Shown here piece after piece: positions 31,351 through 40,199 of a stretch of 64,000 bases of DNA. The translations under genes were made by a program, and so were the position numbers. The DNA comes from Opitutia bacterium. GTDB lineage: Bacteria > Verrucomicrobiota > Verrucomicrobiia > Opitutales > Opitutaceae. The DNA lies in assembly GCA_947478395.1 (NCBI GenBank), contig CANJVR010000001.1:863754-927753 (forward strand). Direction: 5' to 3'. How positions within the stretch are numbered: the stretch's first letter is position 1; each line of letters opens with the position of its first letter. The notes beneath the pieces were generated by a model. It was not told the DNA's origin. It ran no database searches and saw nothing but the letters and a program-made list of their open reading frames with translations.

Positions 31351-34300
31351 ATGAAATTACGCCCCGTGTTTTGTGCGCCGCTTGCAGTTCTCGCGTTGGC
31401 CCAACCTTTGAGTCGCGCCGCTGACGTCGCCCCCGCGCCGGCCGCTGGCCCCGCGGCTTCGACGCCGTATCACCTCCTCATTAATCCCGCCCCCGGCCTA
31501 CGCAAAGCGACTCCGGTGATCAACGCGGCGTCCGACGAAGCCGTCAACGCCCTCCAACGGATCAAACCTGCCGCCGGCCTCGAAGTGAAACTTTGGGCGG
31601 CCGAGCCCATGCTCGCCAATCCTGTGGCGTTCAACATCGACGAACGCGGCCGCGTCTTTGTCGCTGAGACCTATCGCTACCGCTCCAGCACGCTCGATAT
31701 CCGCCACTATCTTTGGATGGATCAGGAGGACCTCGCGTCCCGCACGATCGAAGATCGGCTGGACATGTTGCAGCGCAACTTCGGGCCTGAAGGCGTGAAG
31801 GAGCTCTCGGTCGAAAGTGAAATTATCCGCCTCGTCGAGGACACCAAGGGTGCCGGTGTCGCTGATCGCAGCAGCGTTTATGCCGACGGGTTCAACTCTC
31901 CGCTCGATGGCATCGCGTCCGGCATCATGGTGCGGCGCGGCGAAGTCTGGTTTACCGATATTCCCAGCATCTGGAAAATGACCGGAGAACAAAAAGCCGA
32001 GACGCGCACTGAAATCAGCCGCGGCTACGGCGTGCATTTCAGCCTGACCGGCCACGATCTGCACGGGCCAACATGGGGCCCCGATGGCAAAATCTATTTT
32101 AGCTTCGGCGACCGCGGCGCGAGCGTAAAAACTAAGGAAGGCATCACGCTCAACACCCCGGACAACGGGGCCGTTTACCGCATGAATCCCGACGGCACCC
32201 AGCTCGAGATTTTCGCGGACGGCCTACGCAACCCGCAATCGCTGCTCTTCACGGAGAATGGCGACATGGTGATCGGCGACAATGATTCCGACGGCCCGGA
32301 TGAGGAACGTCTCGTTCACGCAGTCGAAGGCGGTGAATCGGGCTGGCGCATCGGCTACCAGCGCTCTCCTCTTGCACCTACCGAGCAAAAAGGCCCTTGG
32401 TCCGCCGAGAAAATGTGGCTGCCCCGCTGGGAGGGCCAAGCGGCGTTCCTGCTTCCGCCCATCTGCAATATCGAGGACGGCAACTCTGGCGTCGCCTACT
32501 ATCCCGGCACCGGCCTGAACTCGTCGTATTTCGGGCAGATTTTCATCTGTCACTTCAAGGGCGCGCAGGCGCGCAGCGGCATCAACACCTACCTCGTCAA
32601 ACCCAAGGGCTCCTCCTACGAGATCGCCGATAGCAAAGTGTTCGTGTCATCCGTTCTGCCCACCGACGTCCGCTTCGGCCCCGACGGCAAGGTCTACCTC
32701 TCCGACTGGACCGACGGATACGACCAGCCCAAGAAGGGGCGTATCTACACGATCTCGGACCCGCAGCACCTCAACGATCCGCTCGTTAAGGAAACCCAGC
32801 AGCTGCTCGGCGGCGACTGGACAAAACGCTCGTCCGACGAACTCGCGAAACTTCTCGGTCACGCCGACTGGCGCGTGCGCCTCGAGGCGCAGTTCACGCT
32901 CGCCGAGCGCGGCGCCTCCAGCATTCCCGTGCTGACGCGCGTCGCCAGCGCACCCGCCCCGGCCGCCGTCGAACTCGGCAACCCCGCCAATCTCCCGGCC
33001 TACGCCCGCCGCCACGCCATCTGGGGTCTCGGCCAGATTGCCCAGAAAACCGGCAATGCTCTCACGCTCTCCTCCATCATCGCCCGGCCCGCCGACCAGC
33101 TCAGCCTAAAAGACTCGGCCGCCCTCACCCCCCTTCGCGCACTCGTGCACGACGCCGATTCCGAAGTCCGCGCCCAGACCCTCAAAACACTCGGCGAACA
33201 CGGCCAGGTCGACCAAGCCGACAACTTCATGGCCGCCCTCAAAGACGAGAACAACCGCGTAAAATTCCAAGCGGCCCTCGCCCTCGGCAAAGTTTCCGCC
33301 CTTCAGCCCGAACTCGCGGGCCGGGCCACGGCCGCGCTTTTTGACGCCCTCCGCGCCAACAACGACGTCGACCTTTATCTCCGCCACGCCGCCGTGATGG
33401 GCCTCGTCGGGACGAAAAATATCGCCGCCCTCGCCGCCGCGTCAGCCGACAGTTCCCGCGCCGTCCGCACCGGCGCCCTCCTCGCGCTCCGCCGGCTCGA
33501 GCGCCCCGAAGCGGCCAAGTTCCTCAGCGACTCCGATCCGTACCTCGTCCGCGAGGCGGCCCTGGCGATCAACGACCGCCCAATCAATGCCGCAATGCCC
33601 GCCCTCGCTGCCCTCCTGAATCAAGGCACCACGGACGAGGCCGTCCTCTACCGCGCGATCAACGCTAACTTCCGTCTCGGTGGCGCCGCCAACGCCGCCG
33701 CCCTCGCCCAGTACGCCGCGAATCCCGCCGCTCCGCAGAAATTCCGGCTCGAGGCGCTGGCTCAACTCGCACTCTGGCCCAACCCGCCGCAACGCGACCG
33801 CATCCTTGGCATCTACCGCCCGCTCGCCGCCGAAGCCCCCAACGCCACCGCGACCACGTCGCGCGATGGAAAACCAGCGGTCGATGCTCTCGCTCCCGTC
33901 ATTCCCGCGCTCCTCGACCCTGCGTCGCCCGCGCCCGTGCAGACGGCGGCCATCAATGCGATCGAGAAACTTCACATCCCCGCGGCAGCCGACGCGCTTT
34001 TCACCGTGGTGCGCGACCCGAAACAATCCGACGCCAATCGAGCCTCGGCTCTCACCGCGCTCGGGGCCTTCAACGATTCGCGTCTCCTCGAGGCTGTAAA
34101 AATGGCCAGTGCCGCCGAGTCCGCTGTCCTCCGTCTCGCTGCGCTTCCGATCGCCGCCAAGCTGTCGCCCAACGACGCCGCCCCCGTACTGGCCAACTTC
34201 GTCAGCAAGGGCGATGCCCAGGAACAAAAGGTCGCATTTGAAACCCTCGGGACCCTCAAGCACCCGTCCGCCGACGCGATTTTCGTTGAGCAGCTCAAGC

Positions 34301-35097
34301 TGCTCGCCGCCGACAAAGTCGCGCCCGCCGTGCAACTCGAACTCCTCGAAGCCGCCGCAAAACGCGAAAACCCTGAAGTCAAAAAACTCCTCACCGCCCG
34401 CGAGGTCACGATGGCGGGCAGTGGCGATGCCTTGGCCCCCTACCGTTTCGCCCTGCAAGGCGGCGACCGCGAAAAAGGCCAGCGCATCTTTGAGAATCAA
34501 CCCACGCTCGCCTGCGTGCGCTGCCACCGCGTCGGTGCGGCTGCCGGCGGCGATGGCGCTCCTAACCTCGTCGATTTCGCGACCAAACATCCCGAGGCGA
34601 CGCGCGAATACGCCCTCGAGTCCATCGTAAAGCCCAACGCCAAGATTGCCGCCGGCTTCGAAACCATCGCCCTCACGCGCAAATCCGGTGGCGTGGTCGC
34701 CGGTATCGTCGCCAGCGAGACGCCCGAAGCGATTTCTCTCCGCGATATCGAAGGCAAAATCGTCGAAGTGAAAAAGGCCGACATCGCTAAACGCGACAGC
34801 GCCCCTTCGGCCATGCCGGAAATCTACGGCGTCATTCTCACCAAGGCCGAGCTGCGCGACGTCGTCGAGTACGTCAGCACCATCGGCGCTCCGCCTCCCG
34901 GCAGTCGAGGTGGACGTGGCGGCCGCGGAGCCGTCGCGAATGCCGGTGGGGCTGCACCCGCCGCCGGCGCGGGCCGCGGCGGGGCCCGCGGCGGTGGCGG
35001 TCAGGGCGGCGTTCCACCCCTGCGCGCCCTGCGCGGCCTCCATTCCGCTGATCCGGCCAGCACCGAAGCGGCGCAGCCACCCTCGGAGCACCCGTAA
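31351..35097 (+). CDS. PVC-type membrane-bound dehydrogenase-like propeller + HEAT repeats + heme c domain
   Basis: WAAEPMLANPVAFNIDERGRVFV, HDLHGPTWGPDG and GLRNP propeller blades; HEAT-like repeats; CVRCH...ESIVKPNAKIAAGF...SAMPE. Confidence 0.88.
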   Translation: MKLRPVFCAPLAVLALAQPLSRAADVAPAPAAGPAASTPYHLLINPAPGLRKATPVINAASDEAVNALQRIKPAAGLEVKLWAAEPMLANPVAFNIDERGRVFVAETYRYRSSTLDIRHYLWMDQEDLASRTIEDRLDMLQRNFGPEGVKELSVESEIIRLVEDTKGAGVADRSSVYADGFNSPLDGIASGIMVRRGEVWFTDIPSIWKMTGEQKAETRTEISRGYGVHFSLTGHDLHGPTWGPDGKIYFSFGDRGASVKTKEGITLNTPDNGAVYRMNPDGTQLEIFADGLRNPQSLLFTENGDMVIGDNDSDGPDEERLVHAVEGGESGWRIGYQRSPLAPTEQKGPWSAEKMWLPRWEGQAAFLLPPICNIEDGNSGVAYYPGTGLNSSYFGQIFICHFKGAQARSGINTYLVKPKGSSYEIADSKVFVSSVLPTDVRFGPDGKVYLSDWTDGYDQPKKGRIYTISDPQHLNDPLVKETQQLLGGDWTKRSSDELAKLLGHADWRVRLEAQFTLAERGASSIPVLTRVASAPAPAAVELGNPANLPAYARRHAIWGLGQIAQKTGNALTLSSIIARPADQLSLKDSAALTPLRALVHDADSEVRAQTLKTLGEHGQVDQADNFMAALKDENNRVKFQAALALGKVSALQPELAGRATAALFDALRANNDVDLYLRHAAVMGLVGTKNIAALAAASADSSRAVRTGALLALRRLERPEAAKFLSDSDPYLVREAALAINDRPINAAMPALAALLNQGTTDEAVLYRAINANFRLGGAANAAALAQYAANPAAPQKFRLEALAQLALWPNPPQRDRILGIYRPLAAEAPNATATTSRDGKPAVDALAPVIPALLDPASPAPVQTAAINAIEKLHIPAAADALFTVVRDPKQSDANRASALTALGAFNDSRLLEAVKMASAAESAVLRLAALPIAAKLSPNDAAPVLANFVSKGDAQEQKVAFETLGTLKHPSADAIFVEQLKLLAADKVAPAVQLELLEAAAKRENPEVKKLLTAREVTMAGSGDALAPYRFALQGGDREKGQRIFENQPTLACVRCHRVGAAAGGDGAPNLVDFATKHPEATREYALESIVKPNAKIAAGFETIALTRKSGGVVAGIVASETPEAISLRDIEGKIVEVKKADIAKRDSAPSAMPEIYGVILTKAELRDVVEYVSTIGAPPPGSRGGRGGRGAVANAGGAAPAAGAGRGGARGGGGQGGVPPLRALRGLHSADPASTEAAQPPSEHP

Positions 35098-35140
35098 CCC
35101 CGTCCCGCCGAATCTGGCCTGTTTTAAAAGTTCATTCCCC

Positions 35141-36079
35141 ATGTCATCCTCATCCCCCGCCACCGCCGCCGATCTTTCCCGTCGTAAATTCCTCACGATC
35201 CCAGCCGTGCTCGCGGCCGGATCGCTCGCCTCCCACTCGCTCGTCTCGTCCGTCATCGGCGCTGAAACTGCAATGCCTGTGCCCGCGAAGAAAAAATACC
35301 CGATCGGGATCGAGCTCTACGGCGTCCGCGGCGAACTCGCCAAAGATCTGCCCAACACGCTGCGCACGGTCTCGAAGATCGGCTACGAGGCCGTTGAGTT
35401 TTACGCGCCCTATTTCGCGTGGACCGCGCCCTACGCCAAAGACGTCCGCTCGTTGATGGACGACCTCGGCCTGCGCTGCTACTCGACGCACAATCACATC
35501 GAATCCCTGAACCCGGGCGAAACGATGGATCACGCCGTCGAGCTCAATCAGATTCTCGGCACGCGCTACGTGATCATGTCGACCGCCCCGGGCGGCACAA
35601 ATGGCTTGGAAGGCTGGAAGCGTTTCTGCGCAAAACTCACGACCGCCGTCGAACAATTGAAGCCGCACGGCCTGACCACCGGTTTTCACAATCACCAGAC
35701 CGAGTGGGTGAAAATCGACGGCGACAAACGCATCATGGATGTGCTCGCCGAGAACACGCCAAAAGAGTTCGTCCTCCAGTTCGACGTCGGCACGTGCATG
35801 GAAGCCGGCGCCGATCCCATCGCTTGGATCAAGGCCAATCCCGGACGGATCAAGAGCGTCCACCTCAAAGACTGGGCGTCCGGCACGCGGGCCGACGAAA
35901 AAGGTTATCGCGTCCTCTTCGGCGAAGGCGTTTCGCCGTGGAAGGATATTTTCGCCGCGGCGGAAGCCAGCGGTGGCGTCGAATACTACCTGATGGAACA
36001 GGAAGGCAGCCGCTATTCGGAATTCGAAACCGCCGAGCGCTGCCTATCGACTTGGAAGACGATGCGCAAAGGCGCGTAA
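35141..36079 (+). CDS. Tat-exported sugar phosphate isomerase/epimerase (AP_endonuc_2 TIM barrel)
   Basis: SRRKFL signal; IELYGVR, GYEAVEF, FHNHQTE, FDVG, VHLKD and MEQE. Confidence 0.88.
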   Translation: MSSSSPATAADLSRRKFLTIPAVLAAGSLASHSLVSSVIGAETAMPVPAKKKYPIGIELYGVRGELAKDLPNTLRTVSKIGYEAVEFYAPYFAWTAPYAKDVRSLMDDLGLRCYSTHNHIESLNPGETMDHAVELNQILGTRYVIMSTAPGGTNGLEGWKRFCAKLTTAVEQLKPHGLTTGFHNHQTEWVKIDGDKRIMDVLAENTPKEFVLQFDVGTCMEAGADPIAWIKANPGRIKSVHLKDWASGTRADEKGYRVLFGEGVSPWKDIFAAAEASGGVEYYLMEQEGSRYSEFETAERCLSTWKTMRKGA

Positions 36080-36186
36080 TGCCCGCCCGTCCACCCTGCT
36101 AAACCCCGCATAGATTGGCTCGCTTTTTATTTTTCCACCGTTTTTCTACCTTCTCTCTTTTGTCAGTCCCCTAATCCCAAACACAA

Positions 36187-36588
36187 ATGAAACTCCATAA
36201 AATGATCGTCGCGGCTTTCGCCGCTGTTGCCCTGACCGCCGCCGCTTACGCGGCCGATGCCACTGGAAACTGGAAGTGGTCCCAAGAAGGCCGCAATGGC
36301 CCGCAGGAAATCACGGCCAAGTTGGACGTCAAAGGTGACAAGCTCACGGGCTCTGTAACCGGCGGCGGTGGTGGCCAACAAGCTCCCATGCCCGCTGACA
36401 TCAGCGAAGCCAGCATCAAGGATGGCGTGGTCTCCTTCACGGTTGCCCGCGAATTCAATGGCAACAAGCGCGTGACCAAGTACAGCGGCAAGCTGGATGG
36501 CGACACCATCAAAGGCACCGTCGAGCTGCCCGGCCGTGGCGATGCTGCCCCGACGAAGGCCGCCTGGGTTGCAACCCGCGCCAAGTAA
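36187..36588 (+). CDS. Small secreted beta-rich hypothetical protein
   Basis: Signal peptide ending AYAA; DATGNWKW...LTGSV...YSGKLDGDTIKG; followed by a terminator. Confidence 0.75.
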   Translation: MKLHKMIVAAFAAVALTAAAYAADATGNWKWSQEGRNGPQEITAKLDVKGDKLTGSVTGGGGGQQAPMPADISEASIKDGVVSFTVAREFNGNKRVTKYSGKLDGDTIKGTVELPGRGDAAPTKAAWVATRAK

Positions 36589-36613
36589 TCTCTGATTACG
36601 TTTCGTTTCTTTC

Positions 36614-36644
36614 AAATCCCGCTCGATTCCGAGCGGGATTTTTT
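36614..36644 (+). terminator. Rho-independent terminator
   Basis: AAATCCCGCTCG-ATTC-CGAGCGGGATTT followed by T's. Confidence 0.85.
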
Positions 36645-36711
36645 ATGCCCGGCACCGACCGCGTACGCCCCGGCATGTAGGCACCCCGCTCACGAGGGAA
36701 ATCAATCCGGT

Positions 36712-36906
36712 GATAGCGCCGACGGCATTGCCCCCGGCGACGTCGCGGGCGGAAAGCGCCCGATCGCCAAGAGCACGATCGCGGGGACCAAAGCGTCCGC
36801 CGTGTCACTCATGCCCGAAGGCCTCTGGCAAAATATCAGCGCGCAACAGCAATGGGACCTGATGACGTTTCTTCTTACCGAGCCCGCGACGAAACCCGCG
36901 ACGTAG
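36712..36906 (+). pseudogene. Orphan C-terminal fragment of a PVC-type heme-binding protein
   Basis: Hand translation DSADGIAPGDVAGGKRPIAKSTIAGTKASAVSLMPEGLWQNISAQQQWDLMTFLLTEPATKPAT*. It parallels the ...SAMPE...LRDVVEYV tail of 31351-35097, but has no CxxCH and no start. Confidence 0.65.
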
Positions 36907-37024
36907 TCGCAGGCCTAACTGAAGACGGGTGACAGGCATCCGGCCTCCATTTTGTTTCAAACCGCTCGACCAACCGCCCTTTCGCTTGATTCCAAGCGAA
37001 ATTACGACGCCACTTCCCCACCCC

Positions 37025-38395
37025 ATGAAATTGCCGTCTCCTGTTACCCCGGTGACCGCGCCGGCCGAAGCTGCCCGCCTCAGCGAAATTTCCCCCGCGC
37101 AATGGAAGTCCGGCATCGCCGCGTGGCTCGGCTGGCTCTTCGACGGACTCGAGCTCCACATCTACACGCTCGTGGCGGGACCGCTCGTGCTGAACCTGAT
37201 GCTGAACACGAAGGACAGCGCGCTGGTCAACGAGAAGAAAGCGTACATCCAGGCCGCGTTCCTGATCGGCTGGGCCTTGGGCGGAGCGTTCTTCGGCCGG
37301 CTCGGCGACCGGCTCGGCCGCAGCCGCACGCTCGCGCTCACCGTGCTCACCTACGCGCTCTGCACGGGACTGTGTGCGTTCGCTCAGACGTGGTGGCAGC
37401 TGATGTTTTTTCGTTTCATCGCCGCGCTCGGCATCGGCGGAGAATGGGCCGTCGGCGCGTCGCTGCTCGCAGAAACCTGGCCACGCGCCTGGCGCCCGTG
37501 GCTCGCCGCCGTCCTGCAAACCGGCGTGAACCTCGGCGTACTCATCGCCACCGCCGCCGTGGGTCTGGCCATGCCGTGGCTCCAACAACTCTTCACGACA
37601 ACGGGTCAACCCGGCTGGTTGCACACCCTCACGATATCAGCGCAAACGCTCCTGCCTCGGCTGTCGCCCGAACATTTGGTTTTCCTCGTCGGGGTTTTCC
37701 CGGCGCTGTTTGTCTTCTGGATACGGCGCAAAGTCCCCGAGACCGCCGCGTGGCAAAACGCCGAAGCCACCACCAACAAACCGGGCCTGCGCGATCTTTT
37801 CCGCGGCGACGTCGCCCGGACCACCGCGATCACGACGACAACCTGCGCCCTAGGATTGTCGGCGTGGTGGCTATTTACCTTCTGGCATTCGCAGCATCTC
37901 CGCAAATTGCTGGAAGACACCCACACGCCGGCGGGACAGATCACGCCACTTGTGACGCAGGCGTTTTTTGTGCTCATCACGGTTTCGATCGCGGGAAATT
38001 TCGCCGCCGGCTGGATCGCGCGCAAAATCGGGAATCCAAAAGCAATCGCGATCTGCTTCATCGGACTCGGCGCCGGCATGGTCGGCGGTTTCGCGGTGCC
38101 GCGCGAATTCGCCGCGCTGGCGTGGTTCTGGTGTCCCGTCGTCGGATTTTTCTCCGGCGTATTCGGCCTGTTTACGATGTATCTGCCGCCGCTTTTTCCC
38201 ACGCTGCTGCGCACGACCGGCGCCGGATTCTGCTACAACATCGGCCGGCTCGCGGCCGCGGTCGCGACCATCGTTTTCGGTCTGCTCGCACCCGTTGACG
38301 ATTTTCGTGGTGCCCTGCTCTGGTCGAGCGCGATCGCGTTTGTCGGCGCGGCCGTCGCTTTGAAACTACCGGAAGACGAAGCGATCGAGATGTAG
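37025..38395 (+). CDS. MFS transporter
   Basis: GWLFDGLE, GRLGDRLGR (motif A), GIGGEW and PLFPTLLRTTG; about 12 TM segments. Confidence 0.92.
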   Translation: MKLPSPVTPVTAPAEAARLSEISPAQWKSGIAAWLGWLFDGLELHIYTLVAGPLVLNLMLNTKDSALVNEKKAYIQAAFLIGWALGGAFFGRLGDRLGRSRTLALTVLTYALCTGLCAFAQTWWQLMFFRFIAALGIGGEWAVGASLLAETWPRAWRPWLAAVLQTGVNLGVLIATAAVGLAMPWLQQLFTTTGQPGWLHTLTISAQTLLPRLSPEHLVFLVGVFPALFVFWIRRKVPETAAWQNAEATTNKPGLRDLFRGDVARTTAITTTTCALGLSAWWLFTFWHSQHLRKLLEDTHTPAGQITPLVTQAFFVLITVSIAGNFAAGWIARKIGNPKAIAICFIGLGAGMVGGFAVPREFAALAWFWCPVVGFFSGVFGLFTMYLPPLFPTLLRTTGAGFCYNIGRLAAAVATIVFGLLAPVDDFRGALLWSSAIAFVGAAVALKLPEDEAIEM

Positions 38396-38409
38396 CGCGA
38401 ATGGCTTTG

Positions 38410-38473
38410 GAGCGGTTTAACCAAAAGCGTGGCCGCTACACAATAGGGCCACGGAAAAACTTAAACCGCTCTA
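38410..38473. repeat. MITE-like element, copy 3 (internally collapsed)
   Basis: GAGCGGTTTAACCAAAAGCGT ... GCCACGGAAAAACTTAAACCGCTCTA: the same ends as 20124-20258, without the internal palindromes. Confidence 0.85.
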
Positions 38474-39994
38474 CGATTTCACCGGGCCGTAAGTAATCAC
38501 GGACGCTTCCGATTCCCCCGTGGGATGAATCGCGGCCGTCACCGGCTCCGCTCCACACTTCACCTCGATCCGCTCAAAGACATGGTAACCATGCTCGCGG
38601 CAGATTTCCACGCCCACGGTGTAGGTGTCCATGGGCAGGCGCCGACCGAAATCGTCGAGACCGTCCCACACGACGTTGTAAGTCCCCGCCACCCGCGTGG
38701 CCCTCGAGGGCACCTTCGCCTCAAACGTTGTCGCCGCCGGTAGATTCCACCAAGTCGTGAGTTTCCTCTGCCACCGGTCGTCACTACCCCACACCGTCAC
38801 GGTGCGCACGACCTGGCCTTTCGCATTTTGAATCCAAACGGCCGCGTACGGGCGATGGGCGCCCCGCCCGCCCCCTTGATTTTTGAGCACAACCTGCACG
38901 TTCATCTGAAAATCCGCCGGCCAGCCGGGACCGGCCGGCGCCGCAACGTACTTGGCGGGACCCGTTGGCGCGGGTGCGGGACTGGCGGACGGGGCGGCGG
39001 CACCCGCCGCCGTAGCCGCCAGCGTGCTGGCGCTGGAGACGATGCCTGTCTCGTTCGCAAAAACATAGCCGGCCGCGCCGTGAACCCGGGCCAGATCCTC
39101 GGCGACGTCAGGGCCACCGATGGTAGCCGCCGTCGCCAGTGCGTTGGCGGTCACGCTATCCGCGGCCACGAAGCTCGCGCTCCGATCCGATTCGATCGCC
39201 CAGCCCGAGCGCGGGTCGATCAGATGCGAATATTTTTTCCCATCGATCTGATAAAATCTCGCATAGCCGCCGCTCGTCGCCACCGCCGCTTCGCGCAAAG
39301 CGAAGCATGCGATCGGCGCTGCGTTGTCCGCCGGATTGCGGGGATCCGCCACGCCTACGGTCCATGTGGTATCACCCCACGCTCGCAGATCGCCGCCAAG
39401 GTTCAGCACCCCCGAGGGAGCCACCCGGCGCGCCACCGCCACTGCCCGATCGATAATGTAGCCCTTGCCCAAAGCATCGATTTTGAATGCCCGCTCTTGT
39501 CGTGCGGCGTGCATGAGCGCGGCGGACTCCGGCAGGCGGTTGGCGGTTTGCGCCGCGCTCCAGAGGTCGACGACCCCACCCAAGTTAATCTCGATGAGAC
39601 CGTCCGTCGCGATCGACCAGTGTTTGTAAGCCGCGAGTAATTCCGTGAGCTCGGCCGAAACGACGGGCGCACCCGCCATGACCCGGCTGATTTCGCTCGA
39701 GGGATCGTATGGGCTCAAGATCCGCCGCAAGCGCTCGATCTCAGCGAGGATCCGCGTTTCACATTCCATCGCGTCCGCGGGCCGGTGCGCCTCGACGATA
39801 AGATCGAGCGAAGTACCGAGAACATTTTCGTAGCCACGGGAGAATCGGTCTAATTTTGCGAGGCGGAGAATCGCCGGATCCGAAAGATTGACCCCAGGCC
39901 GGGCGACCAGGAGATCGCCGGCACCCAATGTCACAAAACCGGCGGCGGCTCCGCTGATCCATCGTTTCGAGCGCTGGAGACGATTTTTTTTCAT
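38471..39994 (-). CDS. apbE: ApbE FAD:protein FMN transferase fused to DUF2271 (paralog 2)
   Basis: VLGTS, DALGKGY, GGDL, VATSGGYAR and HLIDPRSG; RPYAAVWIQ...WDGLDDFG...CREHG. Confidence 0.88.
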   Translation of the reverse strand: MKKNRLQRSKRWISGAAAGFVTLGAGDLLVARPGVNLSDPAILRLAKLDRFSRGYENVLGTSLDLIVEAHRPADAMECETRILAEIERLRRILSPYDPSSEISRVMAGAPVVSAELTELLAAYKHWSIATDGLIEINLGGVVDLWSAAQTANRLPESAALMHAARQERAFKIDALGKGYIIDRAVAVARRVAPSGVLNLGGDLRAWGDTTWTVGVADPRNPADNAAPIACFALREAAVATSGGYARFYQIDGKKYSHLIDPRSGWAIESDRSASFVAADSVTANALATAATIGGPDVAEDLARVHGAAGYVFANETGIVSSASTLAATAAGAAAPSASPAPAPTGPAKYVAAPAGPGWPADFQMNVQVVLKNQGGGRGAHRPYAAVWIQNAKGQVVRTVTVWGSDDRWQRKLTTWWNLPAATTFEAKVPSRATRVAGTYNVVWDGLDDFGRRLPMDTYTVGVEICREHGYHVFERIEVKCGAEPVTAAIHPTGESEASVITYGPVKS

Positions 39995-40199
39995 GAAGAG
40001 GAAAAGGGGTGGAACCCAACTCGTGCGGTTGACGCAAAACGATCCAAAAAGTTGCCGCAGCCGACGCCGGCCACCGCATCACGCGTACCCGCGATCATCT
40101 CGCGCGAGACGCGAATCGCTAATTTTGTTTGGACTCCCGACTTCCCTTGGTTTGCTCGAACCGGCGGTCGCGTTCTTCTCCCACCGCCCGCCGCACCCC

